Assembly: GCA_965214835.1 (NCBI GenBank)
Contig: CBDCCK010000002.1
Coordinates: forward strand, 2,720,001-2,784,000
Direction: 5' to 3'
DNA length: 64,000 nucleotides
From: Nitrosopumilaceae archaeon
GTDB lineage: Archaea > Thermoproteota > Nitrososphaeria > Nitrososphaerales > Nitrosopumilaceae
Shown piece by piece: positions 11,853 through 21,874 of this stretch; positions within the stretch are counted from its first letter, which is position 1, and each line of letters starts with the position of its first letter. The position numbers and the translations under genes are program-made. Below the pieces are notes generated by a model, which had not been told where the DNA came from, did no database searches, and saw only the letters and a program-made list of their open reading frames with translations.

Positions 11853-12557
11853 ATGGAGCACGCTCGCTTTATAGAGCATCAGCTGCAGAGCAGCATAGAC
11901 GCAAAAAGGCTGCTCCTGCAGGACATCCGGACGATTCAAAAGATCGGGGAATCCATGATAAGATCCATCAATTCGGGCCACAGCATGTTCTTACTTGGAA
12001 ACGGGGGCAGCGCAGCTGACGTGCAGCACATGGCAGCCGAGCTTGTAGGGCTGTTCGACCATGACATAAAGAGGGCAGCACTGCCCGCAGCTGCCCTGAC
12101 CACCAACTCATCTGTCCTTACCGCGTACGAGGTCACCTACCATCATCAGTTAGGCATGAATTAGCATGAATGATTGTGATCTTCGTGCCTAGCTAGCAAG
12201 GGGACGTGACCACATACCTTACCGCAGTATCCAACGACATCTCCTTTGATGCCGCATTCTCAAGGCAGGTCGAGGCCTTTCAAAAAGGGCGACGTGGTGG
12301 TGGCCACAAGCACCTCCGGGCGCTCAAAAAACGTCATCGAGGCGGCAAGGCTTGCCAGGAAAAAGGGCGCCCTCACAGTTGCCCTTACCGGCAAAAGCAA
12401 GAGTCCGCTGTCAAGGATTGCAGACATCTCCATGCATGTCCCCTCAAACGACACCCAAAGGGTTCAAGAGCGCCACATCACGATAGGCCACATCCTTTGT
12501 GCAATGGTTGAGGGCTCCCTCGGGCCCGGCTTCATTCGGGCCCAAAAGAAGGCTTGA
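11853..12557 (+). pseudogene. gmhA: Phosphoheptose isomerase, disrupted by a MITE and a frameshift
   Basis: GNGGSAADVQH, AVSND, STSGRSKNV, RVQERH motifs spread over three frames. Confidence 0.88.
12125..12217. mobile_element. 93-bp IS66-derived MITE inside gmhA
   Basis: GTACGAGGTCAC...GTGACCACATAC with perfect 8-bp TSD CTTACCGC (12117-12124, 12218-12225). Confidence 0.93.
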
Positions 12558-12578
12558 TATAGCATCGCACTTTGCCCA

Positions 12579-13545
12579 ATGATATTGAAGGTATTGATTA
12601 CCGGAATTACCGGCTTTGTGGGAAGCCACCTGGCCGAGTACATCCTAAAGCAGCACCCGGACTGCGAGATCCATGGCGGCTCTAGGTGGAGAAGCAACCT
12701 GCAAAACATCAGGCACCTGACGGGGGAGGATCTCCTTGCACGACTTTGAGCTGCGCGACGAAAAATCCGTATACAACGTAGTCAGCGATGTCCGGCCCGA
12801 CAGGATATTCCACCTTGCGGCCCAGTCCTACGTGATGTCAAGCTACGAGTCCCCGCGTGATACCATTGAGACAAACGTCGTTGGAACGCTGAATCTTTTC
12901 GAACCCATCAGAAAGTCAGACATTGATCCCGTCGTGCATGTGTGCAGCTCTTCTGAGGTGTACGGCGACGTCGGTCCTGAGGACATGCCCATCAAGGAGA
13001 CTAGGGAGATGAGGCCTGTCAGCCCGTACGCCCTGAGCAAGGTCGGCGAGGACAGGCTCGGATACCAGTACTTTGACTCCTATGGAATCAAGAACATCAT
13101 GACCCGGGCGTTCACCCATACCGGCCCGCGCAGGGGGGACGTGTTTGCCGAGTCCAGCTTTGCCAGGCAGATAGCAGAGATTGAGAACGGGAGGCGCGAT
13201 CCCGTCGTCAGCGTGGGCAATCTGGACTCTGTACGGACCTTCCTTGACGTGCGCGACATCGTTGCCGCATACTGGCAGCTGACCGAAAAATGCGTTCCAG
13301 GCGAGGCCTACAACATCGGCGGAAATACCACGATGACGGTAGGCGAGATGCTTGAGATGATGACAGGCATGAGCGACCGGGAGATCACGACACGGCAGGA
13401 TCCAAATCGCATGAGGCCCTCCGATGTCACGCTGCAGATTCCAGACATATCCAAGTTTGTTGAGAAGACCGGCTGGGAGCCTGCAATCCCGGTTGAAAAG
13501 ACGTTCGGGGATCTCTTGGACTACTGGCGCGATCTGACCAAATAG
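12579..13545 (+). pseudogene. GDP-mannose 4,6-dehydratase/reductase-family SDR, frameshifted near 12720-12736
   Basis: LITGITGFVGSHLAE from ATG 12579 is in a different frame from HLAAQS, SSSEVYG, SPYALSK. Confidence 0.8.
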
Positions 13546-13566
13546 GGGATTGTCGGGGGCTGTGAC

Positions 13567-14514
13567 TTGGCAAAAAGGCTGCTGGTTCTTGGCGCAAGCG
13601 GGCTGACCGGATACAAGATAGCAAGCCTTGCATCGGGGCGGTACGACGTACTTGGGACGTACAATGCCAGAGAAACCCGGATCAAGGGCTGCCAGACAAG
13701 GAGGGCTGACGTCACCGACGAGGCTGGGCTGGGGGATCTCTTCTCTGCGTTTGGGCCTGACATTGTCATAAACACGACTGCGCTGCACAGCGTTGATTTC
13801 TGCGAGGACAACCCGTCCCAGGCCTTTTCTGTCAACGGCAAGGCAGTGGGATTCATGAGGAAATACTGCGACGAATACGGTTCCCGGCTCGTGCACATAT
13901 CTACAGACTATGTGTTTGACGGGGGCAGCAGCTCGCCGTACTCTGAGACTGACGTCCCAATGCCGATCAACAAGTACGGCGAGTCCAAGCTGTCCGGTGA
14001 GAAGGTACTGGAGGGCTCGCCACACGTGGTTGTGCGGCCCAGCGTAGTCTATGGGTGGACCCCCCGGGAGCTGTCCGGTGCCGTCTCCAGCTCGGGCAAG
14101 CCGATGAACTTTGCAATGTGGCTGCTGATGAAGCTGCACAACGGCCAGACGCTGGATATCGTAACTGACCAGTTTGCCACGGCCACCTTGGCCGACTCGC
14201 TGGCCGAGGCCTCCCTGAAGCTTGCAGGTACGGGGGAAGGCGGCATCTTTCATGTCGCCGGGGCCTCCTGCGAGAGCAGGTTTGACTTTGGCGTAAAGCT
14301 TGCACGGGAGTTTGGGTTTGATGCAGGCCTTATCCGTCCCGCCCGCTCCTCGCAGCTTGGTCAAAAGGCAAAAAGGCCCCCGTTTTCCTGCCTGGACTGC
14401 AGCAAGGCAGCCGAGCTTGGCCTGAGCCTTCTCAGCACCGAGGAGTCCCTGAAGATAATGAAGAGGCAGGTGCTCTCCGAGTCCCCGGACCTGCTTCCGG
14501 GTGTCGGCAGGTGA
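13567..14514 (+). CDS. RmlD-like NDP-4-keto-6-deoxysugar reductase
   Basis: GASGLTG, HISTDYVFDG, YGESKLSGE. Confidence 0.88.
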   Translation: MAKRLLVLGASGLTGYKIASLASGRYDVLGTYNARETRIKGCQTRRADVTDEAGLGDLFSAFGPDIVINTTALHSVDFCEDNPSQAFSVNGKAVGFMRKYCDEYGSRLVHISTDYVFDGGSSSPYSETDVPMPINKYGESKLSGEKVLEGSPHVVVRPSVVYGWTPRELSGAVSSSGKPMNFAMWLLMKLHNGQTLDIVTDQFATATLADSLAEASLKLAGTGEGGIFHVAGASCESRFDFGVKLAREFGFDAGLIRPARSSQLGQKAKRPPFSCLDCSKAAELGLSLLSTEESLKIMKRQVLSESPDLLPGVGR

Positions 14515-14625
14515 GCCCACCCCTCTTTTGATGGCGTGTTGCACAACTCTGGTTTCAGGCACGAAGGTACGAGGCCGCCTACCCTTCACAGTGGGTTAAA
14601 CATTGATGGCGATACTGATCCATAG

Positions 14626-14832
14626 ATACGAGGTAACGTCCCCTTGCTGGCCAGGCATGACGACCCAGCCAAGTGAAAAGTACTAGGAAATCGAGTAAAA
14701 ACAAAAGCTGGGCAGGAGGCACGATGCCTCAACAACAAGACAGAGGCAATAATCCCGTTTACATTTCACTTGGCTGAAACCACAGATGCGTGCAAGTTTG
14801 TGCCTAGCTGCCAAGGGCAGGTGACCTTGTAC
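14626..14832. mobile_element. Degenerate 93-bp-family MITE carrying a nested ~111-bp element (14666-14776)
   Basis: Outer ends ATACGAGGTAAC / GTGACCTTGTAC; inner perfect IR CAGCCAAGTGAAA / TTTCACTTGGCTG. Confidence 0.7.
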
Positions 14833-14942
14833 CGTCCTACTGCTTGGCAAATTGATGGAAAATCCAGACGTTCACGCGGTTTTGAATTATGAATCACTTT
14901 TCTGTTCCCAGCAGGCATGTGCTAATCCCTGCGTGAATCAGC

Positions 14943-15227
14943 CTACATCCCTATGTCCGGCTTTTTCTCAACCCGCTTGGCGCCACCCCTGCGCTTTCTT
15001 CTTGCACCAAATGATATCAAAACCAGCAAAAATCCGACGCCTACCAGTATGCCCGCAAGCGTGTTCATGTCCTGGCCTTCGCGCTGCTTTAGGATCAGAT
15101 CCATGGCCTCATCTGCAGACATTTCCGAGGTGCCCACCGGCGCCTGTGAGCTGATGTACAGTGACAGGGAGATGCCTACAATCAACATGGCCGCGCCCCC
15201 GGCAAGGATTCGCCTGTCCACTAGCAT
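14943..15227 (-). CDS. Small two-TM membrane protein
   Basis: Two hydrophobic helices and a basic tail. Confidence 0.7.
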   Translation of the reverse strand: MLVDRRILAGGAAMLIVGISLSLYISSQAPVGTSEMSADEAMDLILKQREGQDMNTLAGILVGVGFLLVLISFGARRKRRGGAKRVEKKPDIGM

Positions 15228-15522
15228 GAAGCCTATTTTGAGTTGACCATATTTAGAGTATTTTACGGCCGGCGTCTCATCCCGTAAACTCTGTTGTATT
15301 AGAAAAAATTGGCCAAAGGCAGTGTGTTACGAGGTCTTGCCTGTACACCGAAGTAATGACTTGGGAGCCGGTAAAGCTCCACTGATCTCTTACAACGCCT
15401 TTGGCAATACCCATAGGGCGTAATCGTATTTAGGATGGATCCGTGCAAGATTAAACAAACGTTTAGGTTCCCGAGATGCCAACTCCGATGGCCTGTCCCA
15501 TATCTGAAAAAAGCCTGCCTGG

Positions 15523-16359
15523 TTACCGGGGGGCAATCTGCAGCTCAAAGTCGGGAACCAGCCCCTCCTTTCTTGCCATCTCAAAGACCCTCCTGATTGA
15601 CCTTTCGCCTGCCTCCCCCATGTTTACGGTCACCTCGTTTACGTACATTTTTACAAACTTTGAGATTAGCTCCCTGTCCTTTCCCCTGCCGTACTTCATG
15701 GAATACTCTAGCGCATCCTCAAAGTTCTCTCTCCCGTACTCGATTGACGCCTGCAGGTACCTGTCGAATTTTACAATGGCCCCCTCACCCAGACTGGTCT
15801 TCATCACGTTGACTCCCAGGGGCACCGGCAGCCCGCCGGTTTCTTTGTCCCACCACTCGCCGACATCCAGGATTTTGACGTTTCCCTCCTGCGAGTATGA
15901 CAGCTGGGTCTCATGTATGACCAGCCCCGCATCTGCCCTTCCATCCCTTACCGCCTTTGGAATGTCGCTAAAGTTCATCACGACATGATCAAACCTTCCA
16001 ATCATCAGCTGTAATAGCAAAAACGCCGAGGTCATCACTCCCGGAATCGCAATCCTTGATTTTTTTATCTCGTCTACCGTCATTTCTTTTCTGGCAGTAA
16101 CAATCGGACCATAGCCCAATCCGAAGCTGCCGCCGCTCCTCAGGATTGTATACCCCGGAATGTGTGCACATGCGTGAACAGAGACCGCAGTCACGTCCAA
16201 ATCCGGATTTGCCGCCCTGCGATTCAGCTTTTCAATGTCCTCAATTACGTGTTTGACCGTAAAGCCAGGCGACCCCACCCTGCCTGTGAACATCCCGTAG
16301 AACATGAATGCGTCATCTGAATCCGGCGTGTGGCCCACTGAGACCTTCAATACCCACAC
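15523..16359 (-). CDS. mqnD: 1,4-dihydroxy-6-naphthoate synthase (MqnA/MqnD family)
   Basis: GHTPDSDDAFMF, DIEKLN, GLVIHE, LPVPLG motifs. Confidence 0.88.
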   Translation of the reverse strand: MWVLKVSVGHTPDSDDAFMFYGMFTGRVGSPGFTVKHVIEDIEKLNRRAANPDLDVTAVSVHACAHIPGYTILRSGGSFGLGYGPIVTARKEMTVDEIKKSRIAIPGVMTSAFLLLQLMIGRFDHVVMNFSDIPKAVRDGRADAGLVIHETQLSYSQEGNVKILDVGEWWDKETGGLPVPLGVNVMKTSLGEGAIVKFDRYLQASIEYGRENFEDALEYSMKYGRGKDRELISKFVKMYVNEVTVNMGEAGERSIRRVFEMARKEGLVPDFELQIAPR

Positions 16360-16418
16360 GGGTTTGCCTCGGTATAAAAATCAAATAATTCAAGTAGTGC
16401 CAAAACCCAGACCCCACG

Positions 16419-17324
16419 TTGGATACGATATCTGCGTTTGAGTCTGATGTCAAGCTACAGCTGGGGTATCTAAAGTCATTTGTTCCGCAAGTCCCGCTAC
16501 CTGAGAGCGTGCAGAAAAGATCGGTCTTTTGCGGCAGTGGGGACTCTCTGTCTGCTGCCATGCTTGCCGAGTCCTTTTCTGACTGTTCCGTGCGCAGTGC
16601 AGATCCGCTTGATATCGTCAGAAACGGAAGGATCACCGCAGGAAAGCGCCTGTACCTGGTATCCATATCCGGCAATACGGCCTCTAACATCCGTGCATCA
16701 AGGACTGTAGCACATTCCGTCGCAGTTACCGCATCAAAGAATAGCCGGCTGGACAGGGCGTGCTCTAGGACCATTCTTTTGCAATATCCTAGCTCTGGCG
16801 TGTTCACTGCCGGCAGCGTGGGCTATCTGGCAAGCGCGCTGGCCTGCATATCGCTTGTCTCCAAAATCCGGATTACAAACGCAGAAAGGATCTTTGAGGC
16901 CGCAAGGCGTGATGCCTCAAGATCCCGCCTGACCGGAGGCTCCTTCGTGCTGGGCACCTTTCTGACGTATCCCGTTGCCATGTACTGTGCGGCAAAGTTT
17001 TGTGAGATTCTGGGTGCCGCATCCCAGTATGAGCGGATTGAGCAGTTCTCACACATGGGCCTGTTCTCGGCTAGGCCAAAGGACACCGTCTTGCTCTTTG
17101 AGCAAAAGAGCCCCCACGCCCAGCGCCTGGCCGGGAACCTCAAAAAGCTGGGCCTGAACGTGGTTTGGCCGCAAGTCGGGGGCAGCAAGATACAGCGGAT
17201 CCTGTACCTGGTATTTTTTTCACAGTTTCTGGCCCTACACGAGGCAAGGCGCAGGGGGCTGCGCGACTGCTACTTTGTTACTGCAGCAAAGGCCAGAAAC
17301 GCAAGCTCTGATATGATTTACTGA
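16419..17324 (+). CDS. SIS-domain sugar isomerase (GlmS-like C-terminal domains)
   Basis: GSGDS, VSISGNT, EQFSHMG motifs. Confidence 0.8.
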   Translation: MDTISAFESDVKLQLGYLKSFVPQVPLPESVQKRSVFCGSGDSLSAAMLAESFSDCSVRSADPLDIVRNGRITAGKRLYLVSISGNTASNIRASRTVAHSVAVTASKNSRLDRACSRTILLQYPSSGVFTAGSVGYLASALACISLVSKIRITNAERIFEAARRDASRSRLTGGSFVLGTFLTYPVAMYCAAKFCEILGAASQYERIEQFSHMGLFSARPKDTVLLFEQKSPHAQRLAGNLKKLGLNVVWPQVGGSKIQRILYLVFFSQFLALHEARRRGLRDCYFVTAAKARNASSDMIY

Positions 17325-17623
17325 CAGCTGGGTGCCGGCCGGATCCTACCCGGAAGAGTCAGACGCAGTGTGCACACAAAAAAACGGATCATAATCATGA
17401 CGCATCGCGCCTGCTTTGATAAAAAATGATCCGCTCTCAACGGTGCGCACCGGCGGTACTGCGCGAGATGATCCCACTGCAAAAGAGGAATGTGCGTTCA
17501 GTGATCACGCTGGCCTGTTGGCAAAACCCCGCATCTCTGCGGACAAGGATTCCGGGAGGATCAGCTTGGGATTTCTTTCCCAAAATGGTTAGGTTTAATA
17601 GATGAATAACTCGGCTTGCGGAT

Positions 17624-19816
17624 ATGGTAAAGTACAAGTCAACCGATCAGGTCCTCAAAATCATCAAGAACAAGGATCAAATCAGAAACTTTGGCGTCAT
17701 CGCCCACGTTGACCACGGCAAGACTACAATGAGCGACAGCCTCCTGGCATACTCTGGGATTATAGCCCCATCTGCTGCAGGCAGCGCGCTTGCAATGGAC
17801 TTTGACAAGGAGGAGCAGCAGAGGGGAATTACCATTTACCAGGCAAACGTAACATTGCACTTTACAAAAGACGAAAAAGAGTACGTCATCAACATGATTG
17901 ACACCCCCGGACACGTCGACTTTAGCGGAAGGGTCATCCGGAGCCTCAGAGCCATTGACGGCGCAGTAGTGGTATGCGATGCAGTGGAGGGCATCATGAC
18001 TCAGACTGAGACTGTGACTAGGATGGCGCTAGAGGAGCGTGTCAGGCCTGTACTGTTCATCAACAAGGTAGACCGGCTCATCAAGGAGCTCAGGCTGACC
18101 CCTGAGAAGATGCAAGAACAGCTTGCAAACGTTGTCTCCAACTTCAATCAGCTCGTAGAGACCTATGCCGAGCCCGAATACAGGGAAAAATGGAAGGTGT
18201 CAATCCAGGACGCCAGCGTGACGTTTGGCTCTGCAAAGGACAGGTGGGCAATCAACATCGACCTGATGAAGGAGCACGGCATCACCTTCAAGGACGTCAT
18301 AGACGCGTACGGCGGGGACAAGGTTGCAGACCTTGTAGAAAAGGCGCCGCTTGCCGATGCCGTCCTGGGAATGGTCGTAAAGCACCACCCTGATCCGTCC
18401 GAGGCCGTAAAGTACAGGATCCCGCAAATCTGGAAGGGTGACCTGGACTCTGACGTTGGCAAGGCGCTGCTTGCGTGCAGCGACGACGGACCCACGATCA
18501 TGATGATAGTAAACATGGTACTTGACAAGGCCGCAGGACCCGTTGCAATAGGGAGGCTGTTCTCTGGCACGGTAAAAGACGGCCAGACGATCAACATCAT
18601 TGACGCAAAGCGGGAGGGCAGGATCCAGTCTGTCAACTTTTTCATGGGTAACCAGAGAGAGCAGGTCGGCGAGCTTGGCGCCGGAAACATTCCTGCGCTC
18701 CTAGGGCTGACTGAGGCCAGGGCCGGAAACACGATTTCCACCGTGAAGGGCATTCCGATGTTTGAGGGCGTCAAGTATGTCTCCGAGCCCGTCGTCCAGG
18801 TGGCAGTAGAGCCAAAGCATCCCAAGGATCTGCCAAAGCTGGTGGATGTTCTCAAGCAGCTTACGATTGAGGATCCCAACCTGATAGTAAAAATCGACGA
18901 GGAGAGCGGCGAGACGATCGTTGCGGGGATGGGGGTGCTGCACCTAGACGTTGCAACGCACCGCATCGAGGATGCCGGAGTCGACATTGTGACCTCAGAG
19001 CCGCTGATCAACTATAGGGAAACCGTAAAGGCCGGATGCGAGCCAATCATGTCAAAGTCGCCAAACAGGCACAACAAGATCTTCATGAAGGTGGAACCAC
19101 TGGAGCCTGAAATTGCCCAGATGCTCAGAACCGGCGAGATCAGCGAGATGAAGGACAAAAAGGTCGTAGCAGACCTGCTCAAGGGCGTAGGGTGGGACAC
19201 TGACACCATCAAGAGGGTGATGAGGTTTGACTCCCGCGGAAACGTCCTGATCAACGGCACCAAGGGCGTGCAGTTTGTCCAAGAGTCCACCGACTCTATC
19301 AACTCCGGATTCGACGAGGTGATGAAGGAGGGCCCCCTCTGCAGGGAGCAGATGAGGGACTGCAAGTTCATCTTCACCCACTTTGTGCCCCACGAGGATA
19401 CCGCACACAGGGGGCTTTCACAGCTGGGGCCCGCCTCAAGGCGCGCATGTACCGGCGCACTGCTGACTGCCGGCACCACTGTCCTAGAGCCGATGCTGGC
19501 AATCGAGGTCCGCGTGCCGACTGACGTTGTTGGAAACGTCGCCACGGTCCTTTCCGGCAAGCGCGGCAAGGTGCTTGGCATGTCCCAAAAGGGCGCCTCC
19601 AGCATTGTCACCGGCGAGATTCCGGCCTCTGAGACCTTTACCCTGTCTGAGGAGATGAGGGGCCAGACTGCCGGCCGCGCAACCTGGAACACCTCCTTTA
19701 AGGAGTGGACCGAGGTTCCAAAGTCGATGCTGGCCCCCGCAATTGCCGACATCAGAAAGCGGAAGGGACTGGCCCCTGACCCGCCGCAGGTCGGTGAGTT
19801 CATAGACAGGGAGTAA
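17624..19816 (+). CDS. fusA: Archaeal elongation factor 2
   Basis: AHVDHGKTT, RGITI, DTPGHVDF, NKVD; diphthamide loop HEDTAHRG; 730 aa. Confidence 0.98.
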   Translation: MVKYKSTDQVLKIIKNKDQIRNFGVIAHVDHGKTTMSDSLLAYSGIIAPSAAGSALAMDFDKEEQQRGITIYQANVTLHFTKDEKEYVINMIDTPGHVDFSGRVIRSLRAIDGAVVVCDAVEGIMTQTETVTRMALEERVRPVLFINKVDRLIKELRLTPEKMQEQLANVVSNFNQLVETYAEPEYREKWKVSIQDASVTFGSAKDRWAINIDLMKEHGITFKDVIDAYGGDKVADLVEKAPLADAVLGMVVKHHPDPSEAVKYRIPQIWKGDLDSDVGKALLACSDDGPTIMMIVNMVLDKAAGPVAIGRLFSGTVKDGQTINIIDAKREGRIQSVNFFMGNQREQVGELGAGNIPALLGLTEARAGNTISTVKGIPMFEGVKYVSEPVVQVAVEPKHPKDLPKLVDVLKQLTIEDPNLIVKIDEESGETIVAGMGVLHLDVATHRIEDAGVDIVTSEPLINYRETVKAGCEPIMSKSPNRHNKIFMKVEPLEPEIAQMLRTGEISEMKDKKVVADLLKGVGWDTDTIKRVMRFDSRGNVLINGTKGVQFVQESTDSINSGFDEVMKEGPLCREQMRDCKFIFTHFVPHEDTAHRGLSQLGPASRRACTGALLTAGTTVLEPMLAIEVRVPTDVVGNVATVLSGKRGKVLGMSQKGASSIVTGEIPASETFTLSEEMRGQTAGRATWNTSFKEWTEVPKSMLAPAIADIRKRKGLAPDPPQVGEFIDRE

Positions 19817-20071
19817 GAATAAAACGACGGTTCGGTAGGTTTTTGCTTGATGACCGTGGGCCTGAACGCGTAAAAACAGCTAATTTTGCATGATGTCACG
19901 TCTCCTGCCGGCCGGGCACGAGGATCACCGATGCGTGCAGTCCTGTGCCTGGCTGCCAAGGGGAGGCGCCCCGCACAATTTTTTTGCGTCCAAAACCTGG
20001 GTTATGTAGCAAGGTCGTATTACTGCAGAGACGCGGGTGCCATCTGGCGGCCAGACACTTATTTTCACACG

Positions 20072-21283
20072 CTAGGGGCCTGATTTGAACGCATTCCTCA
20101 GCAGAATCGGCGCGATAAATATCGTAGCTAGGATCACAAAGACGACTGTAGAGTATACCTCGTCTGAGAGCACTCCGGAGGCAAGCCCTATTCCCGCCAC
20201 GATAAAGGACACCTCTCCCCTGGCAACCATGCCAAACCCTATCCGAAACCCCATTTTCCTGCTTTTGAGCAGAAGGGATGCGGGTATTCCGCAGCCAAAA
20301 AGCTTTGAAGACACTGCTACTGTCAGAACAATCCCAAACAAGACCCAGTTGATCGACGAGACCTGCGTTATGTCCACGTGGGCGCCTATTATAGCAAAAA
20401 ATAGCGGGGCGACGATTACCCTCAGCCTCCCAACAAACTCGCGAACCTGCACTGCAAGCCTTGATCCTGCAAGGCCCATCCCTGCGGTAAATGCGCCCAC
20501 AATGGGATTGAGCCCAACGCTGGACGCTATTGCGGCCAAGCCAAAGGCCGAGCCCAACGCCACCCCCTGCCGCGTGCCCCTGGCCTCCAGCGTGGACGGA
20601 TGCGTCCTTGAGACGACGTGTACGATCTTTGGCAGAACAAAGACTGCGCCAAGCAGTATCAGGAACCAGAATCCAACCTCGATGGCAGCAGTCATTGCAA
20701 CGGATGCCATTGTCGGGGCCGTCTTTAGCGTGACCAGTGAGACCACTGCAGAAAGGATCGCCAGGCCCAAGACATCATCTAGGACCGCCGCATTTACCAA
20801 GATGTTTCCCTCCCTGGTCTTTTCCTTTCCCAACTCCTCCAGGATTACGACGGAGATTGCAATGCTTGTGGCGCTAAGCGTTGCGCCGACCAAGGCGGCA
20901 GCCGTCCAGTCAAACCCCATCCAGAGCATGGCAAAATATCCCGCAACAAGGGGCACTATCGCACCCAGGGTGCCTATTACCGCGGCCCTCGGGCCCGCCC
21001 TGATCAGATCCTGGAACGTAAAGTGCAGCCCCGCAGAAAACAAGATTATGATTCCGGAGATCTGCCACAGGCCCAGCATCATCTCGTTTAGATCCACAAC
21101 CGGCCTGTCAAAGACCGGAACCAGTCCCCCCAGGGCAGCAGGACCCAGCACAATTCCCGCAAAGACAAACCCGATGACCTCTGGGATTTTAAAGCGCATG
21201 CACAGCTTCCCAAAAAGCAGTGCAGGCAGAACCAGAAACAAGACACCGATGATTGTAGGGACTACGTCAAACTCGGATACCAT
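20072..21283 (-). CDS. Cation:proton antiporter (CPA2/NapA-KefB family)
   Basis: About 12 TM helices, ATSIAI, AAVLDD, MVARGEV. Confidence 0.92.
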   Translation of the reverse strand: MVSEFDVVPTIIGVLFLVLPALLFGKLCMRFKIPEVIGFVFAGIVLGPAALGGLVPVFDRPVVDLNEMMLGLWQISGIIILFSAGLHFTFQDLIRAGPRAAVIGTLGAIVPLVAGYFAMLWMGFDWTAAALVGATLSATSIAISVVILEELGKEKTREGNILVNAAVLDDVLGLAILSAVVSLVTLKTAPTMASVAMTAAIEVGFWFLILLGAVFVLPKIVHVVSRTHPSTLEARGTRQGVALGSAFGLAAIASSVGLNPIVGAFTAGMGLAGSRLAVQVREFVGRLRVIVAPLFFAIIGAHVDITQVSSINWVLFGIVLTVAVSSKLFGCGIPASLLLKSRKMGFRIGFGMVARGEVSFIVAGIGLASGVLSDEVYSTVVFVILATIFIAPILLRNAFKSGP

Positions 21284-21456
21284 TTACTCCCGGCCTTAGA
21301 TTATGGAAAAGCCATAATATCCTTTTGCAAGCCCTTGCCACTTGGCATGCAGTGATCCTGCTGCCTGAGCATGGGAGTCTTGCACCGGCATGGACCGGGG
21401 CCGCGTGGCCCGACAGCTGATACACGATTTTTATACATGACTCTTGATTGGAGGGC

Positions 21457-21648
21457 ATGGCTGAATTCTCACAGATTGATGAAAGAATAAGGTCACTTGA
21501 TGTCCCAATGTCTGAGCTGATCGAATACTTTAGAACCAAGTGCACGGAGTGCGGACATCATCGAATCATGCATGACGAGCAGGGCGCCTGCGGGGGCGTG
21601 ATGAACAAGCCATGCATGTCGGGATGCGACAAGTTCTACCCAGAATAG
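21457..21648 (+). CDS. Small Cys/His-rich protein
   Basis: CTECGHHRIMH..C..C..GC pattern; TATA-like TTTTATA upstream. Confidence 0.65.
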   Translation: MAEFSQIDERIRSLDVPMSELIEYFRTKCTECGHHRIMHDEQGACGGVMNKPCMSGCDKFYPE

Positions 21649-21874
21649 GCCGATCTCTTTACCCGGCCCGCCGTAAATTGGCTCATCGAGTCTAGGATGC
21701 GCTTAGGTAGGTTTTTGCAGGCTGGCGTGATCGAGCACTGCTCAAAAATGCCTGTGGATACATGGAAGGCCCTCATTCATTGTCTGCATGTCCTAGCGCG
21801 CACACCAAAAGAACGGATCATGATCTTGACGCATCGTGCATATTTTGATAAAAAAGATCGTATATGGCCACGTC

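Noticed and set aside
15303-15425. 5S rRNA
   Set aside because: The closed stem spans only about 94 nt and the conserved 5S loop motifs are not recognisable.
10344-16359. mqnE/mqnD as a novel pathway
   Set aside because: The futalosine menaquinone route is already known in this archaeal group.
20085-21299. 404-aa plus-strand ORF
   Set aside because: Antisense shadow of the antiporter gene. The same applies to 12916-14589, 33523-34959, 36998-38191 and 44176-45468.
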